DNA of 64,000 nt, taken from Synergistaceae bacterium (GTDB lineage Bacteria; Synergistota; Synergistia; Synergistales; Acetomicrobiaceae). Position 1 is the stretch's first letter. Each line of letters begins with the position of its first letter. A program made the translations under genes and the position numbers. The DNA lies in contig JAAYTM010000107.1 of NCBI GenBank assembly GCA_012518015.1, forward strand, positions 11,862-75,861, given 5' to 3'. Below the pieces are notes generated by a model that was not told the origin of the DNA, ran no database searches, and worked only from the letters and a program-made list of their open reading frames with translations. Positions 20,858 to 29,979 of the stretch are shown in pieces.

Positions 20858-21822
20858 AACTAGTCGACAAATTGGGGCGAAAATTAACATATGTGCGTAT
20901 TTCTGTTACTGACAGGTGCAACTTCCGTTGTCAATATTGCATGCCCCCCGAAGGCGTGGAATGGATACCTCATGAAATGATCATGAGGTATGAGGATATA
21001 CATTCGCTTATAAGAATATTAACCGAGTTGGGCATCAAAAAAGTGAGGTTAACGGGGGGAGAGCCTTTTGTTAGGAAGGACATTTCGAAATTTTTGCGTA
21101 CGCTTCGCCTGTCCTTTCCTGAGCTCGTGCTTGCCATTACGACAAATGCGTCATTGCTTTCTAAGTTTATAGATGAAATAAAAGATCTTAAAATTAACCT
21201 AAACGTCAGTCTCGATACGCTCAATGCCGAAAAATTTAAATATATGACGAGGATGGGGAACTTAAACGACGTCATCAACGGGATTACTGAATGGAGTAAG
21301 TTAAATTTGCCATTAAAAATTAACACGGTTTTGATAAAGGGATTTAACGAAGATGAGATTAAGGCCTTGGCGAATTTTGCGAGGAAAACGGGTGCTGTAT
21401 TGAGATTTATAGAGTTCATGCCCGTAGATCAAAGTTTGTGGACGCAAGATTCCTTCATTCCCGCTTCGTCTATCAAAGAACTTCTTTTTTCTTCCGGAGA
21501 ATGGGAAGAGGTTGGCAAAAGGCCGTCAGACACCGATGGGCCTGCAAAGTATTATGTTAACCTAGAGACAGGCCAAAGGATTGGAGTAATATCAGCCGTT
21601 TCGCATCACTTTTGCGAGACATGTAATAGACTTCGAATTACCGCAACAGGAGAGCTCAGGAATTGCTTATTTGCTACTAAAGGGATCGATTTGCTTTCAC
21701 CCTTGAGGGCGGGTGATTTGGAGGAAGTTAAACGGAGGATACTGCTTGCTTCTTGGGAAAAGCCAGCAAATTGGAAAAAGTTGGTTCGTGGCAATAGGCA
21801 CATGTCTCAAATAGGGGGATAA
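20848..21822 (+). CDS. moaA: GTP 3',8-cyclase MoaA
   Basis: RISVTDRCNFRCQYC, FCETCNRLR and C-terminal MSQIGG. Confidence 0.97.
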   Translation: MALKLVDKLGRKLTYVRISVTDRCNFRCQYCMPPEGVEWIPHEMIMRYEDIHSLIRILTELGIKKVRLTGGEPFVRKDISKFLRTLRLSFPELVLAITTNASLLSKFIDEIKDLKINLNVSLDTLNAEKFKYMTRMGNLNDVINGITEWSKLNLPLKINTVLIKGFNEDEIKALANFARKTGAVLRFIEFMPVDQSLWTQDSFIPASSIKELLFSSGEWEEVGKRPSDTDGPAKYYVNLETGQRIGVISAVSHHFCETCNRLRITATGELRNCLFATKGIDLLSPLRAGDLEEVKRRILLASWEKPANWKKLVRGNRHMSQIGG

Positions 21823-21826
21823 TTTT

Positions 21827-22327
21827 ATGGGATCTTTAACGCATCTCGATGAACATGGCCATCCAAAAATGGTGAATGTGGGATTTAAAAGCCCAACGGA
21901 CAGAAAAGCTATAGCCTGTGGTTGGATTATTTTGCCCGACAAAGTTTATGATACGATTTGCGAAGGAAGTGTTCCTAAAGGAGACGTTCTTAAAGTTGCC
22001 GAGTTAGCTGGTATAATGGCTGCAAAAAGGACATGGGAAATGATCCCTTTGTGTCATAATATAAAGCTAGACCACGTTGAGGTAAAATGTGAATTGGACG
22101 AAAAGCGCCGAGGCATAAAAGTAACTTCCAAGGTGTTGGCAAAAGAAGTTACGGGTGTCGAGATGGAAGCCTTAACGGCTGTGACTGTTGCTCTTCTGAC
22201 GATATATGACATGTGCAAGGGCATTGACAAAGGGATGTATTTTAATGATGTTCATTTGATTGAAAAAAGTGGAGGCAAAAGCGGACACTATCTTTCGGAG
22301 GATGCAAAACGTGCTGAAAGCGACTAA
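21827..22327 (+). CDS. moaC: Cyclic pyranopterin monophosphate synthase MoaC
   Basis: LTHLD, IPLCH, TGVEMEAL, YDMCK, KSGGKSG motifs. Confidence 0.97.
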   Translation: MGSLTHLDEHGHPKMVNVGFKSPTDRKAIACGWIILPDKVYDTICEGSVPKGDVLKVAELAGIMAAKRTWEMIPLCHNIKLDHVEVKCELDEKRRGIKVTSKVLAKEVTGVEMEALTAVTVALLTIYDMCKGIDKGMYFNDVHLIEKSGGKSGHYLSEDAKRAESD

Positions 22328-23114
22328 GAAAAGGCTTATAAGAATTTATGACGGTGAAAGAGATCTCACGGCGGTTTCTCTTCGTAAAGGCAGTTTGGGT
22401 GAAAACATGGTCGATGGGATGGCTAGGAGGTTGTTTGCAACTTCACCCATGCCTCTGTTTTCTTTGTGCGAGCCTTCTTTAATCTTGGTCTTATCACATG
22501 GGGTTAGCGACAAGGGAAATTTGATCTCCTTTTCAAATGGAGAAGTGATAGTTAAATTTCTTGATGAGGATGAGGTAGAAGTTTTTAAGGGCGGTTTTTT
22601 GAATCTTTCTGCGGAATACGAAGAATGGTTTCCCATTTCTTTGGGGATCCTTACTGTAAGTGACAGAGCTAGCAGGGGGGAATTGGTAGATACCTCGGGC
22701 CCATCCCTGGAGGAATTAGCTCTTTCTATCGGTGCGGTCTGTAAGGAATACGAGATTGTTCCTGACTCCGTAGATGAGATACAAAATATAATACGCAAAT
22801 GGAGTGACGAAAAGTCGCTCGATTTGGTTTTGGTGACAGGAGGAACGGGAATCTCACGGAGAGATGTTACCCCCGAGGCAATAATGCTTTTGTCAGATAA
22901 AATTGTATACGGAATAGGCGAATGTATGCGCTGGTCGACGGCCGTTAAAAACCCCATGTCGATTTTGAGCAGAGGTTTAGCTGTAACGAGGGAAAAGACG
23001 CTTATACTTGCCCTTCCTGGAAGTGAGAGGGGAGCGAGAGAGTGTTTTAGTGCCGTATCTCCCGCTTTAAGACATGCTGTGGAGGTGCTCACAGGCAGAC
23101 ATGTTCGTCATTGA
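22311..23114 (+). CDS. MogA/MoaB-family molybdopterin adenylyltransferase with an extra N-terminal domain of about 105 aa (start refined to GTG 22311)
   Basis: ILTVSDR, TGGTGISRRDVTPEA, LPGS motifs; GGAGG RBS at 22297-22301. Confidence 0.88.
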   Translation: MLKATKKRLIRIYDGERDLTAVSLRKGSLGENMVDGMARRLFATSPMPLFSLCEPSLILVLSHGVSDKGNLISFSNGEVIVKFLDEDEVEVFKGGFLNLSAEYEEWFPISLGILTVSDRASRGELVDTSGPSLEELALSIGAVCKEYEIVPDSVDEIQNIIRKWSDEKSLDLVLVTGGTGISRRDVTPEAIMLLSDKIVYGIGECMRWSTAVKNPMSILSRGLAVTREKTLILALPGSERGARECFSAVSPALRHAVEVLTGRHVRH

Positions 23115-24072
23115 AGGGGATAATTACGAGAGACAAGCAGAAATTAGTTGCGGAGTAGATTATCTTGACCATAAAAATAGGCATATATCCAAATGCATCA
23201 TAATTACTGGAATGTCGGGTGGCGGGAAGTCGACTGCGCTAAAAGTATTGGAGGACATCGGTTTTTACACCATCGATAATATCCCACCTGCTATATTGCC
23301 CCAAATTATAGACATGTTAGGTTCGCACGAGGCAGCCGTCAACATGGGTATTGCCGTTGTCATGGATGTCAGAGGGGGAACCTTGCTGGGTGATTTTGAA
23401 GGCGTAATAAAGGCATTAAAAAATAAATTATCCCTGGTCAAGGTAATTTTTTTAGACGCTAGCGATGAAATCTTAATCAGACGTTATGAAACTACGAGAA
23501 GAAGGCACCCTTTAGGCGTCGACCTTCCGTTAAGCGAAATGATCTTAAAAGAACGAACGATGGTAGCCCCTGTCAGAGAGCTGGCGGATGTGGTCGTAAA
23601 CACCAGTCATTTGAGCATTCAAGAACTTAAAGAAGCAATTTTAAGATCAATTGGAGTGATAGACGTTGAACCATCCGTGATCATTACTTCCTTTGGTTAT
23701 AAATATGGTATTCCTTCCGATAGTGATTACGTCTTGGATGTGAGGTTTTTGGAAAATCCTTTTTATTGCCCACAGCTTCGAGATCTTACTGGTGTGGAAC
23801 CTGAAGTTCAAGAATACTTGTTGAGTTTTAGAGAAACGGTCGTATTCTACGACGAATCGTTAAGGCTAATAAAGCTGATACTTCCACTTTACAGGAAGAC
23901 TGGAAAGCCACAGGTTCACATTACAATAGGATGTACCGGTGGGAGACATCGTTCAGTGGCTTATGCTGAATGGCTTGCAAGACAGTTAAGTGCAGATGGA
24001 GAAAAATGTATAGTGAGACACCGTGATATTGGGAAAGACAAGGAGAAGATTGGCGATGTCGTCGCTGGTTAG
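23101..24072 (+). CDS. rapZ: RNase adapter RapZ/YvcJ P-loop protein (start uncertain)
   Basis: ITGMSGGGKS, TRRRHPL, SFGYKYG, GCTGGRHRSV motifs. Confidence 0.94.
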   Translation: MFVIEGDNYERQAEISCGVDYLDHKNRHISKCIIITGMSGGGKSTALKVLEDIGFYTIDNIPPAILPQIIDMLGSHEAAVNMGIAVVMDVRGGTLLGDFEGVIKALKNKLSLVKVIFLDASDEILIRRYETTRRRHPLGVDLPLSEMILKERTMVAPVRELADVVVNTSHLSIQELKEAILRSIGVIDVEPSVIITSFGYKYGIPSDSDYVLDVRFLENPFYCPQLRDLTGVEPEVQEYLLSFRETVVFYDESLRLIKLILPLYRKTGKPQVHITIGCTGGRHRSVAYAEWLARQLSADGEKCIVRHRDIGKDKEKIGDVVAG

Positions 24073-25228
24073 TTTTTTTGCAGGTATATTTTTGGGAGGG
24101 GCTGTGGCTTACTTATTTTCTCGAAGAACATCTAACATACAGCGTGACAGCAAAACAGGGGATAAAATCAAGGAAAGGTATAAGGACGTATATTTTAGCG
24201 CATCTCGCCAGAGGCTTTCTTTAGGGCCCTATATTGTAGCCCTAGGTGGTGGTACAGGTTTATCCACTTTATTAAAGGGATTGAAGTGCTTTACTAGAAA
24301 TATTACGGCTGTGGTGACTGTGACGGATGAGGGTGGTAGTTCCGGTCGTTTGCGTCAGGAGTGGGGAATGCTTCCCCCGGGGGATATTAGAAACTGCCTT
24401 TTAGCGCTGGCCGAAGATGATAGTTCTTTAAATCGCTTGCTGAACTTTCGTTTCGATCGTGGCGAATTGGCCGGTCACAGCCTCGGGAATTTGTTATTGC
24501 TTGCCGCGACGGAAATAGCAGGAGATTTTAGAAAGGGCATCGAGGAATTAAACTATATGCTCGCCATAAGAGGTCAAGTTCTCCCAGTTACTACCGAAAG
24601 CATATGTTTGGTTGGGAGGACCAAAAACGGCGTTAGAGTAGAAGGAGAATTAAACATCACTAATTACGGTTCAAGCTTGGAAGAAATATGGCTAGAGCCA
24701 AAGGGAGTAAAACCTCTACCAGAGGTGTTAAATGCCATCAGTAATGCCGATTTAATAGTACTGGGACCTGGCAGTCTTTTCACAAGCGTCATACCCAACC
24801 TTCTAGTGGAAAAGGTCGCCAATGCTATAGTGACTTCGCCTGCCCCTGTGGTTTACGTTTGTAACCTCATGACGCAACCACTGGAGACGGAAGGGTTTAC
24901 CGTATTGGATCATGTAAGGTGGATTGCCAAGGTCCTTAGAGGGTTTCCTGATTTTGTAGTTGTCAATGCCATGTCTTTGCCCGAAGAAATATCTTCAAAA
25001 TATACTGCCGCAGGTTCTATGCCTCTTTTAGTGACGCCGGAGGAAAAGGAGAGGTTTAAAAAGATCGGGATAGATTTGATAGAAGATAAATTATATGAAA
25101 TTAGCGAAGAAGGTGCTGTTAGGCATAATTCAGTTAAATTGGCAGAATGCCTGATTAGAATAGCAAGAAGTGCGAGGGAAAGGGAGATATGGAAAGAATC
25201 GATTCAGTTCTCTGGGATGAGTGGGTAA
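24056..25228 (+). CDS. yvcK: YvcK/GlmR (UPF0052) gluconeogenesis factor with N-terminal TM helix (start 24050 or 24056)
   Basis: GGGTGLS, DEGGSSGRLR, PPGDIRNCL, GPGSLFTS motifs; rapZ-yvcK-whiA order. Confidence 0.92.
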   Translation: MSSLVSFFAGIFLGGAVAYLFSRRTSNIQRDSKTGDKIKERYKDVYFSASRQRLSLGPYIVALGGGTGLSTLLKGLKCFTRNITAVVTVTDEGGSSGRLRQEWGMLPPGDIRNCLLALAEDDSSLNRLLNFRFDRGELAGHSLGNLLLLAATEIAGDFRKGIEELNYMLAIRGQVLPVTTESICLVGRTKNGVRVEGELNITNYGSSLEEIWLEPKGVKPLPEVLNAISNADLIVLGPGSLFTSVIPNLLVEKVANAIVTSPAPVVYVCNLMTQPLETEGFTVLDHVRWIAKVLRGFPDFVVVNAMSLPEEISSKYTAAGSMPLLVTPEEKERFKKIGIDLIEDKLYEISEEGAVRHNSVKLAECLIRIARSAREREIWKESIQFSGMSG

Positions 25229-26079
25229 ATAGTATATCGCCTGATAAAAAAGAGAACGATGCGGAATGTTCAGGTATTATCGAGGGGATTTTCGTAGCAA
25301 GAAAGATGGATCATGTAGTGCTTTCTTCCCTAAGGTTGTGGGTTTTCAGGAGACTTTATGCCATATGGAAGTATACGCGATGGTCCGATGTGAATTTTTC
25401 ATCTTACATGAGAGTGCCAAAGAGCAAAAAAGGACGCGTCAAGTTAATTTTGCCCTTCGAGCTTTACGAGGATATTTCCCGTTCTTCAAGGACTTCCTGG
25501 GCTTGGTTGCGCGGTGTATTTGGTAGTTGTGGATCAATATTTTGGCCGAAGAATGGATATCACTTGACCTTTAGGGTTAAAAATAAGCAATTATGCGATA
25601 ATATAACAGGCTTCTTGAATTCCAGGGGAATAAAAAACAACTATAGGCATCGATCTGGAAACTACGAGATTCAAGTCAGAAACCATGAAGCTATAGTTAC
25701 AATTTTAGCTGGAATGGACCTTATGAAGACTTCGCTCATGATAGAGGAGAAAGGCATAATAAGGTCTGTAAAAAGCAGGGTGAACATGCAAGTTAACTGT
25801 GATACGTCAAACATTAAAAAAAGCCTTCAAGCTGCGGAGAAACAGCTGCATATTAGCAAATTGCTAGTGAAGACGGGCCTAATTGATGACCTGCCGGTTC
25901 ACTTTAAGGATCTCGTATTTACACGGCTTAACTATCCCAGCGCTACGCTTCGCGAGATAGGTCAGCTGCTGCCTAAGCCTGTGAGCAAAAGCACTGTTGA
26001 GTATCGATGGAATAAATTGGAAAACATGATCAATAGCCTCTTTGATGGCGGAACAAATATTTTACAAGCCAAATCGTAA
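25189..26079 (+). CDS. whiA: DNA-binding protein WhiA
   Basis: LRGVFGSCGS LAGLIDADG-like segment, VNMQVNCDTSN, C-terminal HTH ending SKSTV. Confidence 0.9.
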   Translation: MERIDSVLWDEWVNSISPDKKENDAECSGIIEGIFVARKMDHVVLSSLRLWVFRRLYAIWKYTRWSDVNFSSYMRVPKSKKGRVKLILPFELYEDISRSSRTSWAWLRGVFGSCGSIFWPKNGYHLTFRVKNKQLCDNITGFLNSRGIKNNYRHRSGNYEIQVRNHEAIVTILAGMDLMKTSLMIEEKGIIRSVKSRVNMQVNCDTSNIKKSLQAAEKQLHISKLLVKTGLIDDLPVHFKDLVFTRLNYPSATLREIGQLLPKPVSKSTVEYRWNKLENMINSLFDGGTNILQAKS

Positions 26080-26094
26080 GATAAAAAATGGGAT

Positions 26095-26123
26095 TTGTGA
26101 CGAGCAAAAATCATTGCTAAAAT
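26095..26123 (+). promoter_or_regulatory. Putative sigma70 promoter of gap-pgk
   Basis: TTGTGA-17 nt-TAAAAT with TG extended -10. Confidence 0.55.
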
Positions 26124-26190
26124 AGTAAGTGAGTCAGAGTCAATTGAGCCTTAGTAACTTTCTTAATCATTGCGGGAGGTGTAGTGTGGT

Positions 26191-27207
26191 ATGACTAAAA
26201 AAGTTGCCATAAACGGTTTTGGAAGGATTGGTCGTTTGTTCTTGCGAGCGATGTTTCAATATGACACTCAGAAGTTGTGTGACGTGGTTGCCATCAACAG
26301 CAGATCGCCAATTGATATATTAGCCTATCTGTTTGAATATGATTCCGTACATCGTCGTTATCCCGGCAAGGTTGAAGTTGAAGGGGACAACATGATGATA
26401 GTCGATGGCCACAAAATAAAAGTATCCACGGAGACGGACCCCTCCAAGCTTCCTTGGAAGGATTGGGGGGTTGATATAGTCATCGAGTCTACAGGTCGTT
26501 TTACCGATGGCAAGGAGGCAAAGGCCCACATAAACGCTGGAGCCGAAAAGGTGATAATAACGGCTCCTGCTTCTAACGAAGATGTCAACATAGTGATGGG
26601 CGTGAACGAGGAGACGTACAACCCATCAGAGCACGTTATAATTTCTGCTGCTTCATGCACTACCAACTGCCTAGCCCCTGTAGTTAAAGTGCTGCACAAA
26701 GAGTTTGGGATTGTACGTGGCCTTATGACCACGGCGCACGCTTATACCAACGATCAGGTCACTTTGGATCGCTCCCACAGGAAGGATCCTGCACGCGGGA
26801 GGGCGGCAGCCCTTTCGATAATTCCAACGTCTACCGGTGCGGCTAAAGCAATTGGTAAAGTAATCCCAGAGTTAAAGGGCTTGCTTAATGGCATAGCTTT
26901 GCGGGTGCCGACTCCTGACGTATCTATAGTGGATTTGGTCGTTGAGCTAAAGAGACCCGCCACAGCAGAGGAAATTAACGCAACTATGAAAAAATATGCT
27001 GAAGGTGAGCTAAAAGGCATACTTGGTTATGAGCCTGGGCCTCTTGTCTCTTCAGATTTTATCGGAGATCCGCGTTCTGCCATATTTATGCCCAATGAAA
27101 CCATGGCCATAGATACCATGGCTAAGGTCTTTGCGTGGTATGACAACGAATGGGGATACTCCTGCAGGTTGGTGGACCTCGCGAATCATATCGCAAAAAC
27201 GATGTAA
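26191..27207 (+). CDS. gap: Type I glyceraldehyde-3-phosphate dehydrogenase with NADP-type signatures
   Basis: INGFGRIGR, ASCTTNC, IPTSTGAA, WYDNEWGYS motifs. Confidence 0.97.
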   Translation: MTKKVAINGFGRIGRLFLRAMFQYDTQKLCDVVAINSRSPIDILAYLFEYDSVHRRYPGKVEVEGDNMMIVDGHKIKVSTETDPSKLPWKDWGVDIVIESTGRFTDGKEAKAHINAGAEKVIITAPASNEDVNIVMGVNEETYNPSEHVIISAASCTTNCLAPVVKVLHKEFGIVRGLMTTAHAYTNDQVTLDRSHRKDPARGRAAALSIIPTSTGAAKAIGKVIPELKGLLNGIALRVPTPDVSIVDLVVELKRPATAEEINATMKKYAEGELKGILGYEPGPLVSSDFIGDPRSAIFMPNETMAIDTMAKVFAWYDNEWGYSCRLVDLANHIAKTM

Positions 27208-27235
27208 TCCAGTTAATCTAGCGAGGTGATTTTTC

Positions 27236-28426
27236 ATGGCCTTAAGGATCCCCGAAGCAAAAGATGTAACACGAAAAAAGGTGCTGGTCAGGGTTGATTT
27301 TAACGTGCCCATCAAAGATGGCATGGTTATGGACGATACACGGATCAAGGCACACCTTGAAACCCTGAGGTTCTTAAAGGAAAACGGGTCTTTTATTACG
27401 CTCATTTCCCATCTGGGACGTCCAAAGGAGGGAAGGGATCCTGAGTTTTCACTCAAGCCCGTGGCAGAGTACTTAAGTAGCCTAACCGGCTGGAAGGTGA
27501 ATTTTGTTCCTGATTGCATTGGCGAAGCAGTCGAAGAAGCCGTCGCGTTACAACTTCAAGATGAGATCTTGGTGCTGGAAAATGTTCGATTCTATAAGGA
27601 AGAGACTAAAAACGACCCTTCCTTTGCAGAAAAACTTGCAAAGCCCTTCGAAGTCTTCGTCATGGATGCCTTCAGTGCCGCTCATAGAGCTCACGCTTCA
27701 ACGCGCGGTGTTGCAGATTATCTAAAATCCTTCGCTGGCTTTCTAATCAAGAAAGAAATAGAATCTTTAAGCGTTGTGAGAGATAATCCAACGCATCCTT
27801 ACGTGCTAATTTTGGGTGGTGCTAAGGTGTCTGATAAAATTGGTGTGATTGAGAATCTTTTGCCCAAAGTAGACCACATCCTAATCGGTGGCGGTATGGC
27901 CTATACGTTCCTTAAAGCAAAAGGTCATGGCATAGGCAAATCCTTATGCGAAGAAGACAAGATCGAATACGCTAACGAACTGATCTCGCTCTCTCAGGAT
28001 AAAGGGGTTAAAATTCATTTGCCTCTTGACTGCGTGGTAGCTCCGGAGGCGAAAGCCGATGTATCAACCATTGTGATTGACACCGAAACATCGATTCCCG
28101 ATGACATGATGGGGTTGGACATCGGGCCTAAGACGATAAAAGCCTTTTGCGAGGTCATAAAAGAAGCAAAGACAATATTCTGGAATGGCCCAATGGGCGT
28201 CTTTGAGCTTGAACCTTTTAGGTCTGGAACGGAGAAGATGGCAATTGCCGTGGCCGATGTTGCAAAAAAGGGCGGATATGCCGTCGTCGGCGGAGGTGAT
28301 ACAGCTGCGGCGGTGAATATGTTTGGTCTTTCTGATCAAATGACTCACGTGTCAACTGGCGGTGGCGCAAGTTTGGAGTTCATGGAAGGGAAAATGCTCC
28401 CGGGCATAGAGCCATTGTTAGATTAG
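27236..28426 (+). CDS. pgk: Phosphoglycerate kinase
   Basis: [30 protein letters not shown] motifs. Confidence 0.98.
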   Translation: MALRIPEAKDVTRKKVLVRVDFNVPIKDGMVMDDTRIKAHLETLRFLKENGSFITLISHLGRPKEGRDPEFSLKPVAEYLSSLTGWKVNFVPDCIGEAVEEAVALQLQDEILVLENVRFYKEETKNDPSFAEKLAKPFEVFVMDAFSAAHRAHASTRGVADYLKSFAGFLIKKEIESLSVVRDNPTHPYVLILGGAKVSDKIGVIENLLPKVDHILIGGGMAYTFLKAKGHGIGKSLCEEDKIEYANELISLSQDKGVKIHLPLDCVVAPEAKADVSTIVIDTETSIPDDMMGLDIGPKTIKAFCEVIKEAKTIFWNGPMGVFELEPFRSGTEKMAIAVADVAKKGGYAVVGGGDTAAAVNMFGLSDQMTHVSTGGGASLEFMEGKMLPGIEPLLD

Positions 28427-28459
28427 CATATTAAAGCTGTGTTATCACTCTTAGGAGAG

Positions 28460-28494
28460 TAGAGCGGAGCGCAGGACAAAAGTGCTCCGCTCTA
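28460..28494 (+). terminator. Strong hairpin between pgk and tpiA (terminator or processing/stabilising stem)
   Basis: TAGAGCGGAGCGC-9 nt-GTGCTCCGCTCTA followed by ATTT. Confidence 0.6.
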
Positions 28495-28549
28495 ATTTAA
28501 ACTCTAATTTAAAACTAATTTAAAAAGGTTTAATGTTTAATAGTTTAAT
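28492..28549. repeat. Short AT-rich tandem repeats upstream of tpiA
   Basis: CTAATTTAAA at 28492, 28504, 28515; GTTTAAT at 28528, 28535, 28543. Confidence 0.7.
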
Positions 28550-28562
28550 AAGGGAGGGTTAC

Positions 28563-29375
28563 ATGGTGAATCGCGTTCCTTTGTTGGCTGGCAACTGGAA
28601 AATGAATAAGGGCCCATTGGAGGCCGAAAATTTTGTTAAAGATTTGGCCTCAACGATACATGATAACGAATCCCTGTCAAAAGCCGTGAAGGCTAGGATA
28701 GTTGAAATTGGTGTTTTTCCACCCTTTGTAAGTCTTGAGCGTGCTAAAAAGGGCATTTTTATCTCCGGCATTCCCATGTCATTAGGTGCCCAAAACATGC
28801 ACTGGGAGGATAACGGTGCCTTTACAGGAGAGGTATCGGGAGAGATGCTCAAAGAAGTAGGCTGCAAATATGTTATCCTTGGACATAGTGAAAGACGTCA
28901 CATATTTCGCGAAATAAATGAAATGATAGGCAAGAAGATGAAAAAAGCTCTCAGCATAGGGCTTAAGCCCATTTTATGTGTGGGGGAGACGCTTGAAGAA
29001 AGAGACGGGGGTATAACTGAATCTGTTGTCGAAGAACAGCTAGAAGAGGCATTTAGAGGCCTTACAGGGCCTTTAAATCAAGAGGGTAATGTGATTATAG
29101 CTTACGAGCCAGTATGGGCCATTGGAACGGGCCGTAAAGCCAGCGATGAAGATGCTCAAAGGATGTGCCTCTTTATAAGGAAGTTTATTGGCGATAAATT
29201 CGGTTCTACGGCAGCCCAAAATGTTCGCATACTTTATGGCGGTAGCGTGAAACCCGACAACACTAAGGGCTTGATGTCTCAAGCGGACGTTGACGGAGCT
29301 CTAATCGGTGGTGCCTCATTGGACGTGGAAAGTTTTCTTGGAATTGTGAAAAATACAATCGACGTATTATTATAG
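28563..29375 (+). CDS. tpiA: Triosephosphate isomerase (start refined to ATG 28563)
   Basis: AGNWKMN, GHSERR, AYEPVWAIGTG, LYGGSV motifs; GGAGG RBS. Confidence 0.98.
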   Translation: MVNRVPLLAGNWKMNKGPLEAENFVKDLASTIHDNESLSKAVKARIVEIGVFPPFVSLERAKKGIFISGIPMSLGAQNMHWEDNGAFTGEVSGEMLKEVGCKYVILGHSERRHIFREINEMIGKKMKKALSIGLKPILCVGETLEERDGGITESVVEEQLEEAFRGLTGPLNQEGNVIIAYEPVWAIGTGRKASDEDAQRMCLFIRKFIGDKFGSTAAQNVRILYGGSVKPDNTKGLMSQADVDGALIGGASLDVESFLGIVKNTIDVLL

Positions 29376-29516
29376 TATTTGTGGCATCATGATGTACTGC
29401 CGTATATTAATATATTAATATATATGATAAAGATGTGGGAGTTTGGGCCTTAGTGTAACATAAGATACATTATAGGACATATGAAAACAAGATGAAAAAT
29501 GAAAACAAAATAAAGG

Positions 29517-29563
29517 ATAAAGGCGAAAGGCCAACATGTGAAGCCGCGATCTTTCGCCTTTAT
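29517..29563. terminator. Probable bidirectional terminator between convergent tpiA and rsfS
   Basis: ATAAAGGCGAAAG-21 nt-CTTTCGCCTTTAT perfect 13-bp stem. Confidence 0.7.
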
Positions 29564-29592
29564 TATTGCTTAACACTTAACATATGTTATGT

Positions 29593-29979
29593 TTAAACAT
29601 TAACTGCTAGAACAAGCTCTCCTTCTTCGTCGAACTGTACTTGAGGTGCATCTCCCCAGATGCGCTCCAAATCATAAAACTGTCTGCCCTCAGAGCTAAA
29701 TATATGTATTATTACGTCGCCACAGTCTATCAGACACCACAAACTACTATTCTTGCCCTCGACGACGTATTGTACGTGATGAGCCTCTAAGGCTTCGGTG
29801 ACGATATCCAAAAGCGCCTTCATGTGGGTATCGGAATTGCTGCTGGTTATGAAAAATACATCGGTGAATCCAGAAACATCGCTTACGTCTATTGATATGA
29901 TGTTTTCTGCCTTTTTTGAAGCTAGAGCCTTGGGTATCCACTCATACTGTTTTATTAAATCTTCTTTGTACTTGCGGAT
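29593..29979 (-). CDS. rsfS: Ribosomal silencing factor RsfS (Iojap); frame open to 29985, putative non-canonical ATC start at 29979
   Basis: Manual extension gives ...ALASKKAENIISIDVSDVSGFTDVFFITSSNSDTHMKAL...WCLIDCGDVIIHIFSSEGRQFYDLERIW, a full RsfS signature. Confidence 0.9.
   Translation of the reverse strand: MRKYKEDLIKQYEWIPKALASKKAENIISIDVSDVSGFTDVFFITSSNSDTHMKALLDIVTEALEAHHVQYVVEGKNSSLWCLIDCGDVIIHIFSSEGRQFYDLERIWGDAPQVQFDEEGELVLAVNV

Noticed and set aside
22346-23092. 248-aa antisense ORF
   Set aside because: Codon-mirror shadow of the mog/moaB gene; no recognisable domain
28490-28550. Repeats as a CRISPR array or replication origin
   Set aside because: Units are only 7-12 nt with no spacers; no cas genes and no DnaA-box cluster seen
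29492-29596. Possible 34-codon small ORF (MKNENKIKDK...) after tpiA
   Set aside because: No well-spaced RBS, runs through the terminator stem, low-complexity sequence
29593-29823. 76-aa ORF as the complete rsfS, or rsfS as a pseudogene
   Set aside because: Conserved N-terminal RsfS sequence continues in frame upstream without stops and has an RBS, so the gene looks intact with an unusual start
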